From positions 96,001-160,000 of the forward strand of contig CAVUWD010000002.1 in the NCBI GenBank assembly GCA_963745025.1: a stretch of 64,000 nucleotides of DNA. The letters run 5' to 3'. Each line of letters starts with the position of its first letter. Within the stretch, counting starts at the first letter, position 1. Shown one piece after another: positions 50,989-61,123 of this stretch. The notes under the pieces were generated by a model. That model was not told the DNA's origin, made no database searches, and saw only the letters and a list, made by a program, of their open reading frames with translations. The DNA is from an uncultured delta proteobacterium. Lineage in GTDB: Bacteria > Desulfobacterota > Binatia > JACPRU01. The position numbers and the translations under genes are program-made.

Positions 50989-51402
50989 TCACGGGTCCGT
51001 GCCACCCTCTTCGGCTCTCTCCGCCCGGGGCTTTTCGCTGAAGCTGAGCTCGACGAGGGTCCATTCCGGTTCGCCATCTGCGAAGGTGACGTCGCACGTC
51101 AAGTAATTTCTGAGCATGGCGCCAGATCCATTGGGCGAGTCGACGTGCGCGGTTACCTCGAATCTCGGCGGATTTTGCCCGATGAGCCAGGCCCTCGATT
51201 CGCCGTCCTCAGGGTCGTCGAGAGACGAGAACTTCGAGGTCGCCGACACCTTCAGGCGTTGTGACGCGAATCGCACGCACGCCTTGAAGGCACCGTTCGG
51301 CGTGGGACCGGCGCCGTTCGTGTCGAGTTGGCCGAAGATGGCCAGGATGACGACAACGAGCAAGACAAGGGCCCCCCAGGCAAGGATTCGTGAGGTACGC
51401 AT
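50989..51402 (-). CDS. Membrane-anchored hypothetical protein (137 aa)
   Basis: N-terminal TM; AC..F...LK....A.F and VDSPNGSGAMLR patterns resembling accessory-region hypotheticals. Confidence 0.6.
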   Translation of the reverse strand: MRTSRILAWGALVLLVVVILAIFGQLDTNGAGPTPNGAFKACVRFASQRLKVSATSKFSSLDDPEDGESRAWLIGQNPPRFEVTAHVDSPNGSGAMLRNYLTCDVTFADGEPEWTLVELSFSEKPRAERAEEGGTDP

Positions 51403-52035
51403 GACCCTGTTCGCTCTCGGCTAGATGCGCCAAGCTCAGCAACCAGTGCGGCGCGTCTTTCCCTGGCAAGACCCTCAAGGGACTCGCTGAGACGCCTCCC
51501 TGACCCCGCGCGAGCACTCTATCGAGGTGAGAAATCCTGCCGCACAGGCGGCAACGGAATTGACGGACTTTGCGGCTACCATCGCCACCGCGGAACCTGC
51601 CACCAGAACCGTCACGAGAGATGCCGGTAGTACTGGAAGGCGTGCCTGGCGAATCGAAGGCGCCAGAATTTCCCGAGAAAGGGTCTCATGAGCCAGGTAG
51701 GCGCGCGATCGAGTGGAAGTGCAAGGCTCATCGGATTTGCACGCGGTGCTTCGGTCGGCCGATTGCCCTCGCGGCATGCGGAGCGGACCCAGAAAAGATC
51801 GGTGAGTGCCCGGATGTGCTCCGCGTCGGAACCGACAACCTGGCCTTGAAGCGAAAATGCTTGGACCCGTGGAGCGTGCCGAGCCCGCACCGATGGCGTC
51901 GTGGAGATCGAGCCGCCCGTGTTCTCGCCCTGCGACGAAGGAACTGAGGTACGCCGAGGGGTTGCGTCGACCAAAAGCGCGCTGAGATTGGCTACTCTCT
52001 CGCGGGGCGCGTTTGCAGCCTTTTTCTCCGCCGCT

Positions 52036-53148
52036 TCAAGGAACCAGCGCCGCACGGGCGATCGTCGTCGTGTCGTGCGCCTTCCACTCGCTGTCGGCGA
52101 ACGCTCTGTCGATCTCCGCGAGCGGGTACTTGTGGGACACCAGCTTCTCGAAGGGCCAGCGCCCGCGGTTGCGGACGAGGAAATCGAGCGCTCTCGGAAT
52201 GACCCACGGATCGTACTGGATGACCCCGATGATGCGCTTCGCGCCCCAGACGAGCTGCGCGGGCTCGAACTCGACCTTGGCCCCCCGGCTGATCGTGCCG
52301 ATCTCGAGGTAGGCGCCGCCGCTGCGCAGCATCTCGATCCCCTCGAGGATGACCTGAGGAAACCCGACGAAGTCGCACGCGACGTCGGCGCCGACCCCTC
52401 CGGTCAGCTTGCGCACCAGATTCACCCGCTCCTTCTTCTCCGGCATCTGCCGCAGATCGATCGTGTGGTCGGCGCCGAACTCGCGCGCGAGCGCCAGCCG
52501 TCCCGGAATCTGGTCGACGACGATCACGGTCTGCGCGCCCATGTCTTTGGCGACCGCCGCGGCTTGGATGCCGAGGCCGCCCGCGCCTTGGATGACGACA
52601 CTGCCGCCAAAGCGCAGCCCCGCCTGGTGCAGGCCGAAGATCACCTGGCAGAGCGCGCAGTTCACGGGCGCGACCAATTCATCGGAGAGCGAGTCGGGAA
52701 CCAGGAAGATCGCGCCGCCGGGACGCAGGTAGTAGTACTCGGCGAAGGCGCCGTGGAAGTGCGGGAAGTCGCGCGGCCCCCGCGGCCGCTCGATCTTGGC
52801 CGGGCAGTTGGCGGGCTCGTTGTTGAGGCAAACGTAGCAGCGCCCGCAGGGATAGAAGTAGGGGTAGGTGACCCGATCGCCTTCCTTGAGCGGCCGCCCG
52901 AGCGAGTCGGTCTTGATGCGCGAGCCGAGCTTGGCGACCCGGCCGGTCATCTCGTGCCCGAAGATCCACCCGTCCTCGGGCAGGCGGAGCGGAGCATCTC
53001 CTCGCCAGAAATGCAGGTCCGACCCGCAGATGTTGGCGAGCGAAACGCGAATGAGGACCGCTTCGGGCTCGACCTCCGGCAACGGCACGTCGCGGAACTC
53101 GAACGGCTTGCCCGGTCCCAGGAAGACGGCGGCTTTGCCGGTGTTCAG
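52036..53148 (-). CDS. Zinc-binding alcohol dehydrogenase (probable CTG start at 53148)
   Basis: ICGSDLH, GHE, CGRCYVC...C, GAGGLG; an in-frame N-terminus NTGKAAVF follows SD AGGAG. Confidence 0.92.
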   Translation of the reverse strand: MNTGKAAVFLGPGKPFEFRDVPLPEVEPEAVLIRVSLANICGSDLHFWRGDAPLRLPEDGWIFGHEMTGRVAKLGSRIKTDSLGRPLKEGDRVTYPYFYPCGRCYVCLNNEPANCPAKIERPRGPRDFPHFHGAFAEYYYLRPGGAIFLVPDSLSDELVAPVNCALCQVIFGLHQAGLRFGGSVVIQGAGGLGIQAAAVAKDMGAQTVIVVDQIPGRLALAREFGADHTIDLRQMPEKKERVNLVRKLTGGVGADVACDFVGFPQVILEGIEMLRSGGAYLEIGTISRGAKVEFEPAQLVWGAKRIIGVIQYDPWVIPRALDFLVRNRGRWPFEKLVSHKYPLAEIDRAFADSEWKAHDTTTIARAALVP

Positions 53149-53632
53149 GTGGGTTCTCCTCGTTTGCGTCGTGAGGGACGGTCGCCGGGAGGAAACCCTT
53201 GCTCCGCGCCGGCGAGATCTCGTGCCTTCTCCCCTCCGCTAATTCGAGTTCGCGCCGCCTGTCAAGATGCGTCGCGGCAGATGCGTCGCGGCATTGCCTC
53301 GGCGTCGGATCCTCCTAAAGCGCGTATCAAGGAGGGCGAAGTCAGGGATGCTCGGCCACTTCAGCGATTGTGCAGCCGGGTCCTCGAAAGAACGTCCGGT
53401 CCCTTCCCGGGGCCGCATCTGCGTTCGAGATTTGACTCGTCGACCGACCGCATGTGATCGTTATCGACCGCCGGATGGACGGGGACAGAATTCCGCAAAT
53501 GCTCGGCCGAGCTTCGAGCGAAGATCGCGCGGCGCGGCGGAGATCTTTTCTCGTCTTCGCTATCGGTTGAACCAGCGTAGCCGGCAATCGCTGTACGGGA
53601 ACTACCTGAAGTCCGGTCCTCCACGAGTTGGG

Positions 53633-54184
53633 ATGATGCTGCGAATCGTCAAGTCGGAAATCCCCGAGGTGCTGCTGATCGAGCCGGAGGTGTTCGGCGA
53701 CGATCGCGGGTTTTTCTACGAAAGCTACAACGAGCGCGCCTTCGGCGCAGCCATCGGCCCCGGTGTCCACTTCGTCCAGGACAACCATTCACGCTCGGCG
53801 CGCAACGTGTTGCGCGGCCTGCATTACCAGGTCCGGCAGCCCCAGGGGAAGCTCGTGCGGGTGACGGCCGGCGAGATCTACGACGTGGCGGTGGACATCC
53901 GCCGCCGCTCCCCGATGTTCGGCAAGTGGACTGCCGCCGTGCTCTCGGCGAGTAACCGCAAGATGTGCTGGGTGCCTCCCGGATTCGCGCACGGCTTTCT
54001 CGTCGTGAGTGACCACGCCGAGTTGCAGTACAAGACGACCGATTACTGGGCGCCGCAGCACGAGCGCTGCATCCTCTGGAACGATCCTGACCTCGCCATA
54101 CGCTGGCCGATTCAAGACGAGCCAATCCTGTCCCAGAAAGACCGGGTAGGCCTGCCCCTGAGGCAGGCCGAGGTATTCCCGTGA
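53633..54184 (+). CDS. rmlC: dTDP-4-dehydrorhamnose 3,5-epimerase
   Basis: DDRGFFYE, QDNHS, LRGLHYQ, VDIR, GFAHGF. Confidence 0.96.
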   Translation: MMLRIVKSEIPEVLLIEPEVFGDDRGFFYESYNERAFGAAIGPGVHFVQDNHSRSARNVLRGLHYQVRQPQGKLVRVTAGEIYDVAVDIRRRSPMFGKWTAAVLSASNRKMCWVPPGFAHGFLVVSDHAELQYKTTDYWAPQHERCILWNDPDLAIRWPIQDEPILSQKDRVGLPLRQAEVFP

Positions 54185-55077
54185 CCAGGATCCTGGTCAC
54201 GGGCCGCACCGGACAGATCGGCTGGGAGCTGCAAGGCGCGCTGGCGCCGCTCGGCACGGTGATCGCACTCGATCGCAGCGCGATGGACTTGGCGAGTCCG
54301 GACTCGATCCGACGTGCGATCCGGGACGCGAGACCGGAAATCATCGTCAACGCAGCAGCCTACACCGAGGTGGACAAGGCCGAATCCGAGCCCGATCTCG
54401 CATTGAAGGTCAACGGTGTTGCACCCGGCATCATGGCGGAAGAGGCCAAGCGCCTCGGGGCGATCCTCGTCCATTACTCGACGGACTATGTGTTCGACGG
54501 CGAGCTCGACCGGCCGTACGTCGAGGACGATCCACCCAACCCGGTGAACGCTTACGGGAAGACCAAGCTGGCCGGAGAGCTCGCGGTCGCTGCGGTCGGG
54601 GGCCGTCACCTGATCCTGCGTTCGAGCTGGGTCTACAGCGCGCGCGGCAGCAACTTTGTGCTCACGGTACTGCGTCTCGCACGCGAGAAGCCGGAACTCG
54701 CCATGGTGGACGACCAGACCGGCTCTCCGACCTGGTCCCGCGCGCTGGCGGAGGCCACGGCAGAGCTGTTACGCCGGAAGGACCGCGTACTCGGTCGCAG
54801 CGGGGTGTATCACCTCGCGGCCAGCGGACACGCATCCCGTTATGAGTTTGCGAAGGACGTCATCCGCATCATGCGGGACGTTTGCGGAGAGGTAGGCGGC
54901 TGGGCAAAGGTAAGACCGATCACCAGCGGCGAGTATCCATTGCCGGCGCGGCGCCCGCGCAATCCGGTCATGAGCCAGGACAAGGTCAAGCGGATTCTCG
55001 GCGTCGAAATGACGCACTGGAGGGATGTATTGCGGTCGTTCCTCGTGGATCTCGCCCCGATGAAGGTGGCGCGCTGA
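54181..55077 (+). CDS. rmlD: dTDP-4-dehydrorhamnose reductase
   Basis: TG..GQIG, NAAAYTEVD, STDYVFDG, YGKTK, DQTGSPT. Confidence 0.96.
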   Translation: MTRILVTGRTGQIGWELQGALAPLGTVIALDRSAMDLASPDSIRRAIRDARPEIIVNAAAYTEVDKAESEPDLALKVNGVAPGIMAEEAKRLGAILVHYSTDYVFDGELDRPYVEDDPPNPVNAYGKTKLAGELAVAAVGGRHLILRSSWVYSARGSNFVLTVLRLAREKPELAMVDDQTGSPTWSRALAEATAELLRRKDRVLGRSGVYHLAASGHASRYEFAKDVIRIMRDVCGEVGGWAKVRPITSGEYPLPARRPRNPVMSQDKVKRILGVEMTHWRDVLRSFLVDLAPMKVAR

Positions 55078-55229
55078 CGGTGTTCGCCGGGGACTTCCCG
55101 TAGTTTGAGGGCGGCGGCCATGGCGCGATGGCCGGGGAAGAAAACCTCCCGGAATCCGCAGACGTCCGACGTCGGCTGCGGTTGTGCCCGTGCCGCGCGA
55201 AGCCTAGCTTAATGGTGCCGGAGTTCGCC

Positions 55230-55862
55230 ATGTTCGACCCTCTCGCCGAGGAGCGCAAGGAAATCTCCGCCCGAACGCTCGAATACTACGAGCGCGTCGC
55301 GGTACAGTTCCGCGAAGGGACCTGGGACCATGACGTCCGGCAGAACATTGACACCCTGCTCCGGCACATCGAGGCGCCGGCCCCATTCACCATCCTCGAC
55401 CTCGGCTGTGGCCCGGGGCGAGATCTGGTCGCTTTTTCGGCTCTCGGCCACGTCACCATCGGCCTCGAAGGATCGGCGGCACTCGCGCGCATGGCCCGCG
55501 CGGCATCGGGCTGCGAAGTTCTAGAGCAGGACTTCCTCGCGCTCGATCTCCCCGCGCGGCGGTTCGACGGCATCTTCGCGAACGCGTCGCTGTTCCACGT
55601 TCCGAGCCGCGAGCTGCCCGGGGTGCTCGAGCAGCTCCGCACGGCTCTCCGTTCGCACGGCGTGCTCTTCTCCTCCAATCCGCGCGGCAGCGGCGAAGAG
55701 GGTTGGTCGCGAGAGCGCTACGGCTGCTACCACGACCTCGCGGGATGGCGAGGGTTCCTCACGGCCGCGGGCTTCGAGGAGCTCGAACACTACTACCGGC
55801 CCCCCGGTCTTCCGCGGGAGCGGCAACCCTGGCTCGCGACCGTGTGGCGGCGGTTGAGCTGA
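55230..55862 (+). CDS. Class I SAM-dependent methyltransferase
   Basis: LDLGCGPGRD, FDGIFANASLFH. Confidence 0.9.
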   Translation: MFDPLAEERKEISARTLEYYERVAVQFREGTWDHDVRQNIDTLLRHIEAPAPFTILDLGCGPGRDLVAFSALGHVTIGLEGSAALARMARAASGCEVLEQDFLALDLPARRFDGIFANASLFHVPSRELPGVLEQLRTALRSHGVLFSSNPRGSGEEGWSRERYGCYHDLAGWRGFLTAAGFEELEHYYRPPGLPRERQPWLATVWRRLS

Positions 55863-55888
55863 CGGGACGTTCCGCAGAGGTGCATGCG

Positions 55889-56263
55889 ATGCTCGTCAAT
55901 GAGGAAGACGACCGGTTCTACGTCGCGAAATCGACCCTGCCTGGCGCGGGGAGCGGCCTGTTCACGAAGGTGCCGCTCCGCAAGGGCGACCGCCTCGAGG
56001 TCGTCGGCGTGATCGTGCGCCGCGACTCGGTTTCGGACCGCTGCACGCACTTCTGCGATCACCACAAGTTCCGGATCGGGGAGAGCCAGCTGCTGATCCC
56101 GCTCGGCTTCGGCGCAATGGTGAACCACTCGCCTACTCCCAACCTGCAGAAGGTCTTCGAGGGCGACCGTCTCTACCTCGAGGCGCTGCGCGACCTTCCG
56201 GCGGACGAAGAGGTCTTCTTCACCTACACGCCGTATGCGCAAGAAGCGTTCGGTCTGCTCTGA
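55889..56263 (+). CDS. Minimal SET-domain protein (124 aa)
   Basis: S..PGAGSGLF, MVNHSPTPN, ALRDL..DEEVFFTY. Confidence 0.88.
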   Translation: MLVNEEDDRFYVAKSTLPGAGSGLFTKVPLRKGDRLEVVGVIVRRDSVSDRCTHFCDHHKFRIGESQLLIPLGFGAMVNHSPTPNLQKVFEGDRLYLEALRDLPADEEVFFTYTPYAQEAFGLL

Positions 56264-56953
56264 TCAAGCGGGCATGACCGCGTAGCGCGTACGATCGGAC
56301 ACTCCTGCCTCCACGAACGCCTCGTGGCGCTCGTGGCACTTGAGACAGGCGCCGCAGTGCAGCGGACCTAGGGGGCCGCCTTCGTCGAGGGTCGTGCCCG
56401 CCTTCTGGCCGATGCAGGTCAGGGTGAGATGCAGCGGCAGCTCGCGGTGAGCGCGGATGAGATCTGATTTCTCCATGCCGCGGTACGGCGCGACGACCTC
56501 GATCGCGTGGCGGAGGGCTCCGCTCAGCAGCCGGCCGTAGTCGGCGAAGAACTCGGGCGTCGCGTCCGGGTAGGGATTCTGCATCAGCGATCCGAGCGCG
56601 ATCCGGTGAACGTCGTGAAGGGCGCACCAGACACCGGCCACGCCGAGCAAAAGGATGTTCCGGCCGGGAAGGTAGTCGGCGTCGATGCGGGCGTCGTAGT
56701 CCGGAACGTCCTCGCCCGTGAGGCTCCAGTGGCGTCCGTAGAGACGGTCGACGGGCACGGCGAGCGTCGCCAGCGGCGCGAAGCGCCGGCCACCGAGCGC
56801 CGCAAGGTAGGTTCGCAGCGCCTTTTGCTCGGCCGCCTCCCATGCGAGGCCGAACTCGACGTAGAGCGGGAAGACGTCGGAGTTTCGAGCGAGGTCGGCG
56901 ACGAGCACCGCGCTATCGAGGCCGCCGCTGGTGAGGACGGCTACGCGATCCAC
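56264..56953 (-). CDS. queC: QueC-like 7-cyano-7-deazaguanine synthase family protein
   Basis: PP-loop SGGLDS, LPGRN, YPD, Zn site TC...HCGACLKC..R. Confidence 0.85.
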   Translation of the reverse strand: MDRVAVLTSGGLDSAVLVADLARNSDVFPLYVEFGLAWEAAEQKALRTYLAALGGRRFAPLATLAVPVDRLYGRHWSLTGEDVPDYDARIDADYLPGRNILLLGVAGVWCALHDVHRIALGSLMQNPYPDATPEFFADYGRLLSGALRHAIEVVAPYRGMEKSDLIRAHRELPLHLTLTCIGQKAGTTLDEGGPLGPLHCGACLKCHERHEAFVEAGVSDRTRYAVMPA

Positions 56954-57015
56954 GGCTCGCTCCCGCAAACGGCGTCGCTCTTCGCCGTCGGATCGCCGAC
57001 CATCGGATGACAGCC

Positions 57016-57795
57016 CTAGGCGCTCGGGCGCTGGCCCTTGAGCCTCGTCCCGACGATGTGCCTGCCCGAGTCGACGCGGATGTTCTCGCCGGTCACGGTC
57101 TCGAGCTTCAGCAAGGTCACGACCAGCTCGGCCATCTCTTCCTCGGACGACTCGCGGTGGAGCGGGGTCTGCGCGAGCGCGGCCTTCCATTCCTCGCTCG
57201 ATACCAGAGCAGGGTCTTGCACCGTTGGCCCGGGGGAGATCGTGTTGACCAGAATGCCGTGGGGCGCGAGCTCGAGCGCGAAAGCGCGGGTCATGAAGTG
57301 AACGGCCGCTTTGGCGGTGAGGTACGGTAGGTAGTCCGTGTAAGGCGTCTCTTCCGCGGCCCAGTCGCCGAAGAAGACGATGTGGCCGCGCGTGGGGCCG
57401 GCATTGCCCTGCATGGCGCGGCCCGAAGCCAGCGCGAGCAGGTAGGCTCCCTTCGCCGAAGCCATCGCGTGATCCCAATCGGCGGCGGTGAGCGACGGGT
57501 AGGGCGTGCGCGGATAGTCGAACGCGGCATCTACGCAGAACGAGAGATTGCCGAGCTGGCGGCGCGCCTCGTCGACGAGGCGCAGCACGTCTTGCGGTGA
57601 GGCGAGGTCCGCCTGGATGACGCAGGCCCGGTCGACGGCGTCACGGACCGACGCGCAGAGACCGTCGGCGACGTCACGGGAGCTGCGATAGACGATGGCG
57701 AGATTGACGCCTTCGCGAGCGAGGCGCTTGACGACCGTCGCGCCGATGCGTCGGGTCCCCGCGACGATCGCGCCGCGGCCTTTCAGCTCAACCAT
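57016..57795 (-). CDS. SDR, pteridine-reductase (FolM/PTR1)-like
   Basis: GTRRIG, FFGDWA...PY..YLPYLTAK, ALELAP, VNTISPG. Confidence 0.85.
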   Translation of the reverse strand: MVELKGRGAIVAGTRRIGATVVKRLAREGVNLAIVYRSSRDVADGLCASVRDAVDRACVIQADLASPQDVLRLVDEARRQLGNLSFCVDAAFDYPRTPYPSLTAADWDHAMASAKGAYLLALASGRAMQGNAGPTRGHIVFFGDWAAEETPYTDYLPYLTAKAAVHFMTRAFALELAPHGILVNTISPGPTVQDPALVSSEEWKAALAQTPLHRESSEEEMAELVVTLLKLETVTGENIRVDSGRHIVGTRLKGQRPSA

Positions 57796-57929
57796 GCGGC
57801 CCCCGCGTCATGCCGACCTCGGTATAGGAGAAACTACCGGATGTCGACACGAGGACCGCGGGCTCGGCACGCTCTGCGGGTCCAGTATTTTCGCTTCGAG
57901 GCTGGGTCGTCCCGTCGTCGCGGACAGCG

Positions 57930-59697
57930 TCACGACACCGCGGGCTCGCACGCGCTCACCGACCGGATGAGCGTCGCGGGGGGTACGCCGTGTCGCCGCA
58001 ACAGCCGGCGCATCTGCAGATTCATCTCGTAGAAGGTGGGCGGCTCATAGGTATGTCCCGCGCGCAAGAGTCGTTCTTCGCGGTGCAGCTTCCACAAGGC
58101 AAAGCGCCCGGCCAGCGGCGCCACCACGCGGGCCCGAAGGCCCACTTCCCGCTTGATGTCGGTCAAGAGCCGGCTCAGCTTGGTCACCAGCGCAGGGTTG
58201 CGCTCAGCAAACCAGCGGCGGGCCGCCCACAACGCCGCGGGATACATCACGGTCAGGTCCCGCGCCTCCCACGCGAAGCGTTCCCGAATGCGCCGGTCCG
58301 TGTGGTCTTTGTAGCGCCGCCATCCCTGCAGCAAGGTCCTGGCGATGCGCAGCACGCTGGGCCCGTTGACTTCGAAGTCCCGCTGAAACGCGCTCAAAAT
58401 CAGCTCCGCTTCCTTCCCGGGAGAGATCGACGGATGGAGATGCCGAAAGTGGAGCTGCCCGTGGATGTCCGCCTCGTGGTAGCTGTCGGGCTCCCGCAGC
58501 GTCCCGTTGGCCAAGTGCTCGGCATAGAGCGGCGTGCCGGGAACCGGCGTGTAGAGCATGAACTGGTGGAAGTCCGTCTCGTGGCTGACGGCATGCTCGA
58601 TTGCCTCGACGATGTTCTCGGGTGTGTGCTCCTCCAAGCCGATGATGCTCGAGCCCAGAACCCGGATGCCGTGCGACTGGAGCGTGCGGACCAGCGAGAC
58701 GGTATCCACCCCGGAGAGCTTGGCATACCGGCTGTTCTTCCCCTCCAGGCCCATCCACACCCATGAGATGCCCAACCGGACCAGCTCCTCGATCGCATAC
58801 GATTGCAAGACCCGGGCGGAGCTGAACACGTAGAGCGACCACGACTTGCCGTGGTGCTCAATCAGCTCCAACAGGCGCAGCGCGCGTTGGCGGTGCAACA
58901 GGAAGTTTTCGTCCATCACGAAGAAGGAGCGCACCTGCATCCCCTGCTCCAGCCCGCACATCACGCGGAAGAGCTCATCGCCGCTTTGGTAGAAATTCAC
59001 GGACTGGCCCTTGCCGCCGAACATCGCGGAGGTCGAGCAGAAGTTGCATCCCACCGGGCAGCCGACCGACGGGATCAGCGTGGCGGCACACGACCGCCCG
59101 GCACTGCTGCTCTCAAAACCCATCACGCGCGTCCGGACCGCGGAGGAGATCTGCGGATGCCGGACCGGCTGCGCGGGGTCCTCCCCCAGGAACTGCCGGA
59201 ACCAGCGCACCCCCTCGCCGCGCACAATGTAGTCCGCATCCACGCGCTGGTCCAAATCCTGGCAGTTGGCGATGTGCCCGCCCACCACGATCGTGGCCTG
59301 CGGCTGATGCCGCGCGGATGAGCTGGCACATCTTCTTGACCTTCTCGACATTCGGCAGGATGGAGCTGATGCCGATGATGTCGTACTCCGCGGAGCACAG
59401 CTCGTCGGTAAAGCGCTCCAGCGTCGGAAAATCCAGCAGCGTGCAGGGCGCGTCGATATTGGCGTGGATGAGCATGATGCCCCACGACCGGTGGAACATG
59501 CGCAGTGAAAACGGGCCCTGGCCGCGGGTCACCTGGTTTTGGTACAGCTCCATCGGGTTGAGCGCCCGGCTGCCGTAGTCGTCGTCTTGCGCATACGGGC
59601 CGAAGACGCTGCTCAGCAGGATGCGGGCGCGCGATCCCAACGGATGCTGGGGCACCGCTTGGCCGGAGCGGGGCGCCGCGTTGGTTACGATTGCCAT
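57930..59697 (-). pseudogene. Cobalamin-binding radical SAM protein, frameshifted near 59315
   Basis: YDIIGIS in one frame; IVVGGH, GEG, GCPVGCNFC, MDENF, MGLE, TPVPGTPLY in the next frame. Confidence 0.88.
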
Positions 59698-60004
59698 GAT
59701 TCACGACTCCTTCTGATAGCGTCACACGGTCTGTGCACGACGGAGGTAAACCACCCTGCATTCTATGACAAAGGACACGGAGGCGCTAGGTCAGGCGCGC
59801 AGATCGGCGGCGTCGCCGGGCAGGAGCAAGGGCGTGCCCCGCTGGGTGGAATCGTCGTGGCGCGAAAATTTGTCGGGGCCGGACGCTTGGAGGCGGAGGG
59901 AGGCGGAGGATAGGAGGATAGATTCTTTCTCAGTCGTAGCTTCTTTGCGTTTTGCGGCTCGGGCGCTATACGACGGGAGCCGAATATACTCGAGGAGGCG
60001 AGCG

Positions 60005-61018
60005 ATGAAGAGATACGAGCTGCGCACCACCAAAGGCGTCGAAAGCCTGAAGGCCGCAGATGCACCGATGCCGAGCCCGGGGCCCGGGCAAGCTCTGGTG
60101 CGAGTGCATGCCATCTCCCTGAACTATCGCGACCTGCTCGTCCTCTCGGGCATGTATCCTGGTAGCCTGCCGCTGCCTTTGGTGCCGACTTCCGACGGCG
60201 CCGGCCAGGTCACCGCAGTTGGACCCGGAGTCGACCGCGTGAAGGTCGGCGACCGCGTCGCGGGAACCTTCTTCGAGGGTTGGGCGTCCGGACGGCTGAC
60301 CGAGCGCGACATGGCGACCGCGCGTGGCGGAGCGACGCAGGGCATGCTCGCCGAATACGTCTTGTCGAGCGCGGATGCCCTCGTGCGGATACCCGATCAC
60401 CTGTCGTTCGACGAAGCCGCTACCTTGCCCTGCGCGGCGGTGACGGCGTGGCACGCTTTGTTCGAGGTCGATCCTTTGCGTCCCGGCGAGACTGTGCTCG
60501 TGCTCGGAACGGGAGGGGTGTCAATCTTTGCTCTTCAGTTCGCCGTCATGGCGGGTGCGCAGGTGATCGTCACTTCGTCGAGCGACCAGAAGCTCGAACA
60601 AGCTCGAGGGCTCGGAGCGGCGACGACCATCAACTACAAGAAAGCTCCGAACTGGGAGATCCCCGTCCGCGAGGCAACTGGGGGGATCGGGGTCGATCGC
60701 GTGATCGAGGTCGGCGGTCCCGGCACCTTCCAGAAGTCGCTCGCGTCTCTGCGCATGGGGGGACGCCTGTCGGTGATTGGCATCCTCACCGGCTTTAGCG
60801 GGGGAGTGGAAATCGTCCCGATCCTCGTCGGCAGCCTCCACGTGGACGGAATCTACGTCGGGAGCCGCGAGATGTTCGAGTCGATGAACCGAGCGATAGC
60901 CCGAACGAAGATGTCGCCGGTGATCGATCGGGTGTTCTCCTTCGCCGAGGCCCCAGCCGCGTATGAACACCTGCGCTCCGCTCGGCACTTCGGTAAGGTC
61001 GTGATTCGAATCGACTGA
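60005..61018 (+). CDS. MDR-family NAD(P)-dependent oxidoreductase
   Basis: SLNYRD, SDGAG, LPCAAVTAW, GTGGVS, HFGKVVI. Confidence 0.93.
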   Translation: MKRYELRTTKGVESLKAADAPMPSPGPGQALVRVHAISLNYRDLLVLSGMYPGSLPLPLVPTSDGAGQVTAVGPGVDRVKVGDRVAGTFFEGWASGRLTERDMATARGGATQGMLAEYVLSSADALVRIPDHLSFDEAATLPCAAVTAWHALFEVDPLRPGETVLVLGTGGVSIFALQFAVMAGAQVIVTSSSDQKLEQARGLGAATTINYKKAPNWEIPVREATGGIGVDRVIEVGGPGTFQKSLASLRMGGRLSVIGILTGFSGGVEIVPILVGSLHVDGIYVGSREMFESMNRAIARTKMSPVIDRVFSFAEAPAAYEHLRSARHFGKVVIRID

Positions 61019-61123
61019 TGCAGCGCCCACGATGCCAGGCAGATGCTGGTGCGCTCGGGCGCCTTGGCAGGACGATCTTACGGAAAATCCTCGGTCCATC
61101 TCGCGGGAGACTAGGAGGATGCG

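Noticed and set aside
53265-53292. 14-bp tandem duplication AGATGCGTCGCGGC x2
   Set aside because: Only two copies in an intergenic region with no supporting context; probably slippage.
56264-56953. QueC-like gene as part of a Qat or CBASS anti-phage system
   Set aside because: No ATPase, TatD, cyclase or effector genes nearby, and the protein is of ordinary QueC size.
59698-60004. Cobalamin riboswitch upstream of the B12 radical SAM gene
   Set aside because: I could not find the conserved B12-box or GGGAA elements by eye; an Infernal/Rfam scan would be decisive.
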